In this document: positions 47,201 to 56,005 of the stretch, piece after piece
How the letters are laid out: each line of letters opens with the position of its first letter
Numbering within the stretch: position 1 is the stretch's first letter
Assembly (NCBI GenBank): GCA_963794325.1
Contig: CAWCDG010000002.1
Location: 352,001-416,000, forward strand
Direction: 5' to 3'
DNA from: an uncultured delta proteobacterium
Lineage (GTDB): Bacteria; Desulfobacterota; Binatia; Binatales; Binataceae
Length of the DNA stretch: 64,000 nucleotides
The notes under the pieces: generated by a model
Told to the model about the DNA's origin: nothing
Seen by the model: the letters and a program-made list of their open reading frames with translations, nothing else
Database searches by the model: none
Translations under genes and position numbers: made by a program

Positions 47201-50200
47201 ATGACTGTTCGTAATTCCGGCGTAGCGCCGCGCGCGCGGTACAGGACTGCAGCGGTATCGATTGGGGTCGTGTTTGTAATGGCAATCGTGGTCCTGACCT
47301 TGGGATCGCGAATGGGCGCCGCGGTGTCAACCGCATCGGCGGCCCTGCCCGGGGCGAGTTCCGGCTCGGCGACATCCAACGTGGCCAGTCCGGCAAACAA
47401 GGCTGAAGCGATTGCAAAAGCCAAGGGCATGATCGCCTCGATGCCGACGTACTTCGAGCGCAACCAGGGTCAGACCGATCCGAGCGTCAAGTACCTGTCG
47501 CGATCGGGACGCTACTCGATGTTCCTGACCGGCGATGCGACGACGGTTATCTCGATGGTCGGCGGTCAGATTCACAAAGGGCCGGCCTTCGCGATGTCGA
47601 ATCCGCCGGCCAAGCCCGATGAAGATCGGCTGGTCGAGTCCGACGTGCGAATCCGCCTGGTCGGCGCCAATACTCATCCAGCGGTGGCGGGATTGGAACC
47701 GCTGCCGGGTCGCGTGAACTATCTTATCGGCGACGTCAAGTCGAAGTGGCACACCAACATCCCGACTTTCTCGCGCGTGAAATTTTCGGGCGTCTATCCG
47801 GGCGTGGACGTGGTCCATTACGGCATCGGCGATTCGCTCGAATATGACATCGTGGCGGCGCCGGGCGCTGATACTTCAAAGATCAAACTCGCAGTCGAAG
47901 GCAACGCCACGACTGCGATCGACAAGGACGGGAATCTGCAGATCATAACGGCGGCGGGCGTCGTCGTGATGCACAAGCCGATCGTCTATCAGCAGAGTGC
48001 TGACGGTAGCCGGACGCCGGTTGGCGGCGGGTTCGTGTTGGCCAAAGACGGCACCATCGAAAATAGAATTCAGCGGCGCGATGTGAGCTTCCAGCTTGCC
48101 GCCTACGACCATTCACGCGAACTAGTAATCGACCCGGTCGCCTCGATTCTGGTTTACTCGACCTACCTCGGCGGAACTGCGTCGAGCAGAGGTCCCGTGA
48201 ACCTCGAGCAGTTCGGGGGAGTCACCGGCGGCACCGCACTCACGGTGGCCGACCTCGGTTTGGACGTGGCGCTGGATTCCGCGAACAATGCCTACGTTAC
48301 GGGTATCGCGTATTCGAAGAATTTTCCGACTACTGCCGGCGCGTTCCAGACGACGTTGAAGGGTGCGAACGCGCAGCCAAATACCAATCCGAACGCGTTC
48401 GTCGCCAAATTTAATTACTCGTCGGCCTCCAACGCCGCGTCGTTGGTCTATTCGACCTATCTCGGTGGTGCGGGCGATCAGGTCCCAGGGGACGCGGGTA
48501 ACGGCGATGGCGATCTCGGATTTGGAGTCGCGGTGGACGCGGGAAACCAGGCATTCGTGGTCGGTCAGACCTATTCGTCAGGTACCGATACAACGACAGG
48601 TTTCCCGGGGACGCATTTGTGCGGAGCGTTTGGGCAGACCAACGACCAGGGCGCTGCCTCCACCAACGTGGGATTTGTCTCCAAGCTGAATTCCACCGGC
48701 TCCGACGTCATCTGGTCCTGCTACATCGACGGTTCAGACAACGCGACTGAGTCGCGCGTGGCGCTGTACCCCGTAGGATGCGGAGCCACGGTCGGAACGC
48801 AATGCAAAGCATATATGTCGGGCTCGACCCAGAGCACGATCGCCCAGGGCTTCCCTGGTACTGCGAACCGGTTCCAGATGGACCTGCGGGCAACCAGTGG
48901 AAAGAGCAATGCGACCTTTATCGTGGTGCATGAAGACGGACAGTCGCTCGATTACGCTACTCAGTACGGTGGTACCGGCAATGGCACGAACGCCGATGCG
49001 GGCGTTGCGGTTGCGGTTGACTCCAACGGCGACGGCTACATAACCGGCGCGACGTTCTCCACCGATCTGACGTTGGCAAATGCGGCGTTCAGCACCTACG
49101 AGGGCGGCGGAAACAGTCCGAAGACCAGTAACGCCTTTGTCGCTCAATTCAACCCGAACCAGGCCGGCTCGGTGCCGAATACCGCTTCGCTGATCTACGC
49201 GACGTACCTCGGCGGCCACGGTGCGAGCGGCACGGTCAACATCACGTTCCCGGTATCGAAGTCGATTACCCTGACGGTCGGCGACCTCGGAACCGGAATC
49301 CTGGTAGATTCCAGTTTCGATATCTGGGTGACCGGCCTTACCGCCTCCACTGATTTTCAGAAGATACCCGGCAACGTGGGGACTTCTTTCCAATCTCACA
49401 ACGAGGCTGGAAGCCGGACCGACTGCACTCCCAACACGGCCAATCCGCCGGCCACCGCCGCTTTCGTCATGCAGCTCGACCCGGTTCATCAAACCACTTC
49501 GAACCAGGTTCGTTATTCCACATATTTCGGCGGATGCGGAATCCAGGTGGCTGCGCCGATGGGATTCGGGACCGGGTCGATCGGATTCGGTGACGCCGCT
49601 ACCGGCATCGCCGCGGTCGGCAGCAAGATCTACCTCACCGGCGCGACCACCAGCGGCACCCTTGCGGGACATGATTTCCCGCTCAGCGCTAATGCGCTCG
49701 CCTGCAACAGCGCCGGGGGGTATCGCCTCGATGACAACCAGAGCGCCGGATTCAGCTTCGGCGGTGGCCTGATCGACATTCCAATCGTGGCGTTTGCCAG
49801 TGAGCTCGACACCTCGCAAGCGATGGCCTCAAATGAGCTGGTCTTTTCGACGCTGCTCGGCGGGACCGGTACGGCGGATCTCGGCGGAGGCATCGCGGTC
49901 GATTCGAATGGAAATCTGGTGGTCGCGGGACTTACCTATTCGACCGATTTCCCAATCACGCCGAACGCGTTCCAGTTCGCGAATAAAGGCAACAAGAACA
50001 GTTCGACCAACGCGTTCCTGACAGTGCTCGATCCGACCGGGTCCAGCTGTCCGACGCCGTTCCCGACGCCGACCGCGACCGCGACTGCGACCGGCGCGAC
50101 AGCGACCGCGACGCCGACCGCTACGGCGACCGCGACCAATACCGCGACTGCGACCGCGACAGGTACGACTGGTGCGACGGCGACCGCAACCGCGACCAGG

Positions 50201-50770
50201 ACCGCGACCGCGACCGCGACGGCGACCAGGACCGCCACCGCAACTGCAACTTCGACCTCAACTGGATCGTCTACTGCAACCGCGACCGCGACGGCCACCA
50301 GGACTGCTACGGCGACGGCGACTTCGACATCAACCGGTTCATCAACGCCGACTGCGACCGCAACCAGGACTGCGACCGCTACTGCGACCGCAACCGCTAC
50401 CGCAACGGCGACTCAGACCGCGACTCCCACCGCGACCGCGACCGCGGGAACCGGACACATAAAGGTGATACCGAAGAAGAAGCTGAACCTGAAAGCGTTG
50501 CCGAGCGCGATGGCCACGCGCACTATCACCATCGACAATACGGGTACTGGCCCGCTGACCGCTAATGTCAGTCCCACGTCGCTTAATCCTCCGTTCTCGG
50601 AGACGGGCGCGGCAGCCGGGATTGTTATCCCCGCGATGAGCTCTCATGAGGTGATAGTCACCTACTCGCCGACGAAGAAGGGAAAGTCGAAGACCTCGGT
50701 CACTATCACGAGCAACGATCCCAAGCATAAGAAGGCGATCAAAATATTGATACAAGGCACGGCGAAATAG
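47201..50770 (+). CDS. Secreted SBBP-repeat (beta-propeller) surface protein with Thr/Ala linker and C-terminal Ig-like domain
   Basis: FERNQGQ, VNYLIG, YPGVD, LVIDP, repeated YSTYLGG / AVDS.GN.YVTG / NAFVAK; long TATATAT linker. Confidence 0.85.
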   Translation: MTVRNSGVAPRARYRTAAVSIGVVFVMAIVVLTLGSRMGAAVSTASAALPGASSGSATSNVASPANKAEAIAKAKGMIASMPTYFERNQGQTDPSVKYLSRSGRYSMFLTGDATTVISMVGGQIHKGPAFAMSNPPAKPDEDRLVESDVRIRLVGANTHPAVAGLEPLPGRVNYLIGDVKSKWHTNIPTFSRVKFSGVYPGVDVVHYGIGDSLEYDIVAAPGADTSKIKLAVEGNATTAIDKDGNLQIITAAGVVVMHKPIVYQQSADGSRTPVGGGFVLAKDGTIENRIQRRDVSFQLAAYDHSRELVIDPVASILVYSTYLGGTASSRGPVNLEQFGGVTGGTALTVADLGLDVALDSANNAYVTGIAYSKNFPTTAGAFQTTLKGANAQPNTNPNAFVAKFNYSSASNAASLVYSTYLGGAGDQVPGDAGNGDGDLGFGVAVDAGNQAFVVGQTYSSGTDTTTGFPGTHLCGAFGQTNDQGAASTNVGFVSKLNSTGSDVIWSCYIDGSDNATESRVALYPVGCGATVGTQCKAYMSGSTQSTIAQGFPGTANRFQMDLRATSGKSNATFIVVHEDGQSLDYATQYGGTGNGTNADAGVAVAVDSNGDGYITGATFSTDLTLANAAFSTYEGGGNSPKTSNAFVAQFNPNQAGSVPNTASLIYATYLGGHGASGTVNITFPVSKSITLTVGDLGTGILVDSSFDIWVTGLTASTDFQKIPGNVGTSFQSHNEAGSRTDCTPNTANPPATAAFVMQLDPVHQTTSNQVRYSTYFGGCGIQVAAPMGFGTGSIGFGDAATGIAAVGSKIYLTGATTSGTLAGHDFPLSANALACNSAGGYRLDDNQSAGFSFGGGLIDIPIVAFASELDTSQAMASNELVFSTLLGGTGTADLGGGIAVDSNGNLVVAGLTYSTDFPITPNAFQFANKGNKNSSTNAFLTVLDPTGSSCPTPFPTPTATATATGATATATPTATATATNTATATATGTTGATATATATRTATATATATRTATATATSTSTGSSTATATATATRTATATATSTSTGSSTPTATATRTATATATATATATATQTATPTATATAGTGHIKVIPKKKLNLKALPSAMATRTITIDNTGTGPLTANVSPTSLNPPFSETGAAAGIVIPAMSSHEVIVTYSPTKKGKSKTSVTITSNDPKHKKAIKILIQGTAK

Positions 50771-50799
50771 ACGAGTAGGTCTCGACAGACGCGCGTAAT

Positions 50800-50831
50800 A
50801 AAGCGGCGAGCCTTAGGGCTCGCCGCTTTTT
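50800..50831. terminator. Bidirectional rho-independent terminator
   Basis: AAAGCGGCGAGCC-TTAG-GGCTCGCCGCTTTTT between convergent genes. Confidence 0.8.
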
Positions 50832-50889
50832 CATTCAGAATACAGCGGTCCGCGCGCGACAACGGAGCCCGGCCATAATACTGAAAAAA

Positions 50890-51696
50890 TCAAATCACAA
50901 TCCCACGATGCGCCCGCACGCTAAGTGAGTATCGTTCCCGCGCTCGGCTAAGCCGCACCGGCGCCGCGAACGCGCTCGACAGCATCGCCGACGTCAGCAC
51001 CTGCGCACGCGGTCCGGCCGCGAGCACGCGACCCGACTTCAGCACCAGCACATGTGAGAATATCGGTACGACTTCTTCGACATGGTGGGTGACCAGTACC
51101 ATTGTCGGCGCTCCTCGAGCACGGGCGATGCGCTGCAAAAATTGCAGGAAATGCTCGCGTGCGACCGGGTCGAGCCCCGCGCACGGCTCGTCGAGGATCA
51201 TCAACCTCGGCGATGCCATCAGCGCTCGTCCTATCAGCACGCGCTGGCGCTCGCCTTGCGATAGATATCGCCACGGACGATCGCGCAGGTCGCGCGCCTC
51301 GATACGACGCAATATTGCGTCGGCGGCGCGCCGATCCTCGGCGCGCATTTCACCCCAATAGCCGATTTGCGCATAGCGTCCGCTGACGATGGCTTTGAGA
51401 GCGGTCTCGCTGTCGTCCATCATCTGATGCACGCTCGAGCTGACCAGCCCAATTCGCGTCCTCAGCTCGCGCCAATCAAATCTCCCGTAAGTCTCACCAA
51501 GCACGCGAATCTCGCCCGCGGTCGGCGGCAGATATCCGGTCAGCGCCCGCAACAGCGAAGTCTTCCCTGACCCGTTGGCTCCAAGAATCGCCCAATGCTC
51601 GCCGCGCGCAACCCGCCAATCAACCGACTCAAGAATCACAGCCTCCCGCTCAACCCGCAGCGAACTCACTTCAATCACAGGCACACTAGATTTCAT
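50890..51696 (-). CDS. ABC transporter ATP-binding protein (ModF/YlmA-like)
   Basis: Walker A GANGSGKT, LSQGE signature, Walker B ILDEP, THH. Confidence 0.9.
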   Translation of the reverse strand: MKSSVPVIEVSSLRVEREAVILESVDWRVARGEHWAILGANGSGKTSLLRALTGYLPPTAGEIRVLGETYGRFDWRELRTRIGLVSSSVHQMMDDSETALKAIVSGRYAQIGYWGEMRAEDRRAADAILRRIEARDLRDRPWRYLSQGERQRVLIGRALMASPRLMILDEPCAGLDPVAREHFLQFLQRIARARGAPTMVLVTHHVEEVVPIFSHVLVLKSGRVLAAGPRAQVLTSAMLSSAFAAPVRLSRARERYSLSVRAHRGIVI

Positions 51697-51748
51697 CGTG
51701 CGCAAACTTTTAACAGCCCGCCTTGTCTGAATGCGAGCCTCCAGATTC

Positions 51749-51770
51749 GTAGGACGGAATTTATTCCGTC
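51749..51770. repeat. GTAG-type REP-like hairpin
   Basis: GTAG followed by GACGGAAT-TT-ATTCCGTC, a perfect 8-bp stem. Confidence 0.5.
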
Positions 51771-51853
51771 GGATTTCCCGCACTGGCAGAAAAGTTCAGG
51801 GATGAACTGTTCAGCCTTATGCAATCTCTTTCCCCGGCGCACAATGCCCCTCG

Positions 51854-53014
51854 ATGCAGCACCTCATTACACGCACCGGCGGTGAAAGCGAGACGCAGGC
51901 GGGCAAACTGATTCCTTCGTTCGTGATCGATACCGCCGGTGCGCCCGCCACCGCGCCGGCCTCCGGAGACTTATCCGCCTCAGCTCCCGAATGGATCGAG
52001 CTGCTCCCGTCGGGCGTCTTCTACGGCCGCGATGGACGCGGGCCGTTTCGCCTCGACGATCCGGCCGCGGTGATCGAATCGACGACCGCATTGCAAATGA
52101 ACGCGGGCATCCCGATTGACTACGATCATGCCACCGACTTCGGTGCGCCCGAAGGACGGCCCGCTCCCGCCGCCGGATGGATTCGCCAATTCGAAGTGCG
52201 TGACGGTGCGGTGTGGGGCCGGGTCGAATGGACCGCGCGCGCATCGAGTTCGATCGTCGCGCGCGAGTACCGCTACGTCTCGCCCGTGTTCCAGTTCGAT
52301 CCGAAAGACGGAAGCGTGACGCGGCTGCTGCGAGCCGGGCTCACCAACAATCCAAATCTTCATTTGACCGCGATTGCGGCGTCGCAAATATCGGCGTCCG
52401 ACAACCAAACGAAGGACCAACAGATGGAATTTCCAACTCAGGAATTGCGCGACCTGCTTAACCTCGAGGGCGATGCGACTGTCGCCGATATCGTCGCAAA
52501 AGTGCGCGAACTGCGCGCGGCCGGCGATGCGGCGTCGTCACAGTCGATTAGCACGCATGCACACGACCCCGCGCACTACGTCGCAATCGCCGAATTCGAG
52601 CGCGCGCTGACTGAGCTGAACGCGCTCAAAGCGGAGCACGCACGCGAACGCGCCGCGCATACGGTGGAAGAAGCGATTCGCGCGGGCAAGCTGGTACCCG
52701 CGCAGCGCGAATGGGCGATCGCGTACTGCGCGGCGGATGCGCGCGGGTTCCAGGCCTTCGCGGCCAAGCAGCCGTCCATCCTCGGCGAAAATCTCGGGCT
52801 GTCGGGAGAGCCGCCTGCCGACCGGCGCGCCGGCGGGCTCAACTCGGCGGAGCTCGCAATCTGCGCGCAGCTCGGCCTCAAGCATTCCGAGTTCATCCGC
52901 CGCAAGCGCGGCCGCGCGGACTTCCTGAGCCTCGAACGCGCCGATGCGGATCTGCGAAACGCGGCAGCCGCGGAACGCGGACCTTACGATAACCGAACAA
53001 CGAGGCGCTCTTAA
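51854..53014 (+). CDS. Mu-like prohead protease/scaffold (gpI)
   Basis: WIELLPSG, RDGRGP, IDYDHAT, APAAGWI, VEWT, YRYVSPVF, GLTNNPNL; helical scaffold C-terminal half. Confidence 0.9.
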   Translation: MQHLITRTGGESETQAGKLIPSFVIDTAGAPATAPASGDLSASAPEWIELLPSGVFYGRDGRGPFRLDDPAAVIESTTALQMNAGIPIDYDHATDFGAPEGRPAPAAGWIRQFEVRDGAVWGRVEWTARASSSIVAREYRYVSPVFQFDPKDGSVTRLLRAGLTNNPNLHLTAIAASQISASDNQTKDQQMEFPTQELRDLLNLEGDATVADIVAKVRELRAAGDAASSQSISTHAHDPAHYVAIAEFERALTELNALKAEHARERAAHTVEEAIRAGKLVPAQREWAIAYCAADARGFQAFAAKQPSILGENLGLSGEPPADRRAGGLNSAELAICAQLGLKHSEFIRRKRGRADFLSLERADADLRNAAAAERGPYDNRTTRRS

Positions 53015-53048
53015 TACTGAAAAAACTCGCGCTCTTAATACTGAAAAA
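53005..53048 (+). repeat. Tandem 20-bp direct repeat containing boxA-like CGCTCTTAA
   Basis: GCGCTCTTAATACTGAAAAA at 53005-53024 and 53029-53048. Confidence 0.75.
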
Positions 53049-53057
53049 GGTGAAAAG

Positions 53058-53540
53058 ATGGCGGCTCTAACCAATTCGCGAAATACGCCCGAGATGGCCG
53101 ACGGCGGCAGGATGCGCGTTTACCCGGTCGAGGCGAACACCAACGTTTACCTCGGCGGGATGGTCGCGCTCAACGCGGCCGGCAACGCGGTGCCGGCGTC
53201 GGCGACGACCACCGTCGCAAATGCGCTCAAGGTCGTGGGGCGCGCGGAATACGTGAAAAACGGAATCCCCGGTCAGAATGCGATCAACAATCCCGGCGCC
53301 GCCGCCGCGATTTCGATCGCCGCGCGCAAGGGAGTGTTCCTCTACGCGACCGACGGCTCGGTCGGCGCAGCCCAGGTCGGACTCGTCTGCTTCGCGCTCG
53401 ACGACAACAACGTTACCGCCACCGATCGCGCAAGCGGTGCCAATGTCCAGCAATACGCGGCGGCCGGCATTGTCGTCGCGATCGATCCAAGCGGCCAGGT
53501 CTGGGTGGATTTCTGGCATCAAGCGACCGCATCCGCATGA
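53058..53540 (+). CDS. Capsid cement/decoration-like protein
   Basis: MAALT..RNTP, YPVEANT..Y.GGMVAL, G..CFALDD..V, VWV; lies between protease and capsid as in Mu-like phages. Confidence 0.65.
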   Translation: MAALTNSRNTPEMADGGRMRVYPVEANTNVYLGGMVALNAAGNAVPASATTTVANALKVVGRAEYVKNGIPGQNAINNPGAAAAISIAARKGVFLYATDGSVGAAQVGLVCFALDDNNVTATDRASGANVQQYAAAGIVVAIDPSGQVWVDFWHQATASA

Positions 53541-53578
53541 CGATGACGTTCACCGGCTAAAAAGAGAGGAAATACTAA

Positions 53579-54523
53579 ATGGAAATCAGCGCAGCGAATC
53601 TGACCGCATTGTTCACCGGCTTCGACGTCGTCTTCCAGCGCGGGTTCGAAAAGCCGCCGTCATACTACGAGCAGATCACCAGCGTCGTGCGCTCGGCCTC
53701 GCGCCAGACTACCTATCCGTGGCTCGGACGCACTACCAAGTTTCGCGAATGGCTGGGCGACAGGGTAATCCAGGCGCTCGAAACGCACGAGTACACAATA
53801 GTCAATCGGAATTTCGAAGATACAGTGGCTATTGATCGAAACGACATCGAAGACGACACCTACGGCGCCTATGAGCCGATCATCGAGCAGCTCGGATGGG
53901 ACACCAAGGTGCATCCCGACATGCTGCTGTTCGCAATGATCAAGGACGCAGTAGCTAATCCCGGCGACGTCGTCGGCTTCGACGGCGTCCCGTTCTTTTC
54001 GGCGAGCCATCCCGTCGGCCTGATGGGTCAGACCGGAAACACCGCGGCGAATATCAACTCAAGCGGATCGGGTGCCTACTGGTATCTGATCGACGCGTCG
54101 CGAGTGATTCGTCCCTTCATCTTTCAGCTCCGTCGCGAATACGCAGTGACGCGAATGACCAATGTCGCCGACGAGGCGGTCTTCAACCGCCGCGAATTCC
54201 GCTACGGCGTGGACGGCCGCGCCAACACCGGCGTCGGCCTGTGGCAGTTGGCCTACGCCAGCAACACCGATCTCAGCAATCCGACCAACTACGGCGCGGT
54301 GCGCGCCGCGATGCGAGCGTTCAAAACCGATGCGGGACAGCCGTTTGGCGCGCTCTCGAGCCGCGACGGTGTGTACCTGCTGGTCCCCCCGACTCTCGAA
54401 GAAGTCGCGCGGCAACTGTTGAACTCAGAGTTCATGGCCGGTGCCGGCGCGAGCGCGAACGTCGCGACCTCGAACATCTGGCGCAACAGCGCGGACCTTA
54501 TCGTCAGCGAGTTCCTGGCATAA
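53579..54523 (+). CDS. Mu-like major head subunit (gpT)
   Basis: YPWLG...REWLGDR, N..FE.TV...R.DIEDD, FDGVPFF...HP, WYLID, PFIFQ.R, YGVDGR, WQLAY, LLVPPTLE. Confidence 0.92.
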   Translation: MEISAANLTALFTGFDVVFQRGFEKPPSYYEQITSVVRSASRQTTYPWLGRTTKFREWLGDRVIQALETHEYTIVNRNFEDTVAIDRNDIEDDTYGAYEPIIEQLGWDTKVHPDMLLFAMIKDAVANPGDVVGFDGVPFFSASHPVGLMGQTGNTAANINSSGSGAYWYLIDASRVIRPFIFQLRREYAVTRMTNVADEAVFNRREFRYGVDGRANTGVGLWQLAYASNTDLSNPTNYGAVRAAMRAFKTDAGQPFGALSSRDGVYLLVPPTLEEVARQLLNSEFMAGAGASANVATSNIWRNSADLIVSEFLA

Positions 54524-54619
54524 GGACGCGGTGAAAAGTGGAACAGCGATGAATCCAGTTTCCCTGAGCCGGCCAGACGCGGGTCCCCCTCCTGCCCGCA
54601 GCGCCGGAGTGCATGGCAA

Positions 54620-54661
54620 CTCTCCGCGGGCGCGCTTCCATTGTTCAGCGCCCGCGGAGAG
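54620..54661 (+). terminator. Perfect 14-bp hairpin downstream of the capsid gene
   Basis: CTCTCCGCGGGCGC (54620-54633) pairs with GCGCCCGCGGAGAG (54648-54661); only a weak U-tract follows. Confidence 0.5.
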
Positions 54662-54706
54662 ACCTTTCAGTCGAATAGTCACTTGCGATGCGACGAGGTT
54701 AGTACA

Positions 54707-55141
54707 GTGAGTTACGCGACCGCCCAGGACATGATCAATCGATACCCTAATCGGGATCTGGTCCAACTGACTAATGAAGATCCAACCGCGACGACCATAA
54801 ACAACGCACCGATCACTCAAGCCCTGGCCGACGCCTCCGCGGAAATCGACGGATACATCGAAGGCCGCTTCACCCTCCCGCTGACGGATCCCCCCGCCGT
54901 CCTCAACCGTCTCACCACCGATATCGCGATGTACCGCATGCAGTCGCTCCGCCCTCTGCACGACCTGGAAGATGCGCGGAAACGATATGAGGACGCGGTC
55001 GCGATGCTCGTGAAGGTAGCGGCCGGCGAGCTCACCCTCGGATTGTCGGCTGACGGCCAGGAACCACCAGTGACAGAAATGCAAGAGAAGGTACAAGGGC
55101 CTGATCGCACATTCAGCCGCAAAAATCTGAGGGGCTACTGA
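54707..55141 (+). CDS. Mu gp36-like (DUF1320) head-tail connector
   Basis: SYATAQDM..RY...L.QLT, ALADASAEIDGY...RF.LPL, DIAMY, RYEDA...L..VA.G...LG. Confidence 0.88.
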   Translation: MSYATAQDMINRYPNRDLVQLTNEDPTATTINNAPITQALADASAEIDGYIEGRFTLPLTDPPAVLNRLTTDIAMYRMQSLRPLHDLEDARKRYEDAVAMLVKVAAGELTLGLSADGQEPPVTEMQEKVQGPDRTFSRKNLRGY

Positions 55142-55142
55142 A

Positions 55143-55964
55143 ATGGGCGTGACGCTTGACGCGCCGTGGAACGGGTTGGTCTTCACACCGCCCTCCGCGA
55201 TCGACATCGCGACGATAGAAGACTCGATCGTTACTCAACTGCGTTCACAAATCAGCTCGATCGAAATCACACACTACCCGGATCGTCCCGAAACCTGGCG
55301 CATGACCCATCGCGTGGGAGCGGCGTTGGTGATGTACAAGGGCGCGCACTACGGCGACCTGCTCGACACCGCAGCAACAATCCAGGAACGCAAACTCGAG
55401 TTCGAGATCTCAATCATGATGCGCGATCTAGGATGGGCCGTCGGTGGCGAGGCGGCGGGGCCTAGTCCGGGCGCATACGCAATTATCGAAGCGGTCCGGA
55501 CCGCGCTGACCGGCTTTGAGGTTCCCGGCTGCCGCAAAATGTTCCCGGTGAGTGAGAAATTCGTGAAGCGCGACAAGCAGGGCGGCGTATGGACGTACGC
55601 TTCGACCTTCGCGCTGAGCACGGTTGCAGTCGAAGGCTCGCAGGCCGATGACTTTCCATTCTTCACCAAGGGCATCGCGCTCGAAGAAGGGGGAGAAAGT
55701 ACACTCACCGTCGGCGCGTCGGCATACTCGTTCAACTCGAATCTCCAGGTTCAGCTTCCCCACGGTAATGCGTTTGCAGTCAGCGTCACAGGTCCCGGCA
55801 ACGCGCAGTTGATCGAAGGCGCGGACTTTTCGGTGGATCGCGCGAACGGAATAGTCATTGCGATTCCCGGCGGTGTGATTTCAGCCGGCGAAACGGTGCA
55901 GATTGCGTACTCATACGCCGACGGGGCTATCGCGACCGCAGGCCAGACCGAGCCGACTAACTAA
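55143..55964 (+). CDS. Mu gp37-like neck/tail-completion protein with an extra C-terminal domain
   Basis: IEDSIV..L, YPD.P, GA.LV.Y.G, GAY..IE.VR..L.GF, GVW.Y; position between gp36 and sheath. Confidence 0.75.
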   Translation: MGVTLDAPWNGLVFTPPSAIDIATIEDSIVTQLRSQISSIEITHYPDRPETWRMTHRVGAALVMYKGAHYGDLLDTAATIQERKLEFEISIMMRDLGWAVGGEAAGPSPGAYAIIEAVRTALTGFEVPGCRKMFPVSEKFVKRDKQGGVWTYASTFALSTVAVEGSQADDFPFFTKGIALEEGGESTLTVGASAYSFNSNLQVQLPHGNAFAVSVTGPGNAQLIEGADFSVDRANGIVIAIPGGVISAGETVQIAYSYADGAIATAGQTEPTN

Positions 55965-56005
55965 TCGGACTAATAGTAACTCATCCGACTGAGTAAAGGT
56001 GATAC

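Noticed and set aside
51793-51813. LexA/SOS box upstream of the phage-like operon
   Set aside because: Spacing fits neither GAAC-N4-GTTC, GTTC-N7-GTTC nor CTGT-N8-ACAG; kept only as an unassigned palindrome.
52944-53057. N-terminal extension of the cement-like ORF (RALNTEK twice)
   Set aside because: It is a translation of the DNA tandem repeat overlapping the protease stop; the ATG at 53058 with an AAGGTG RBS gives the family-like N-terminus.
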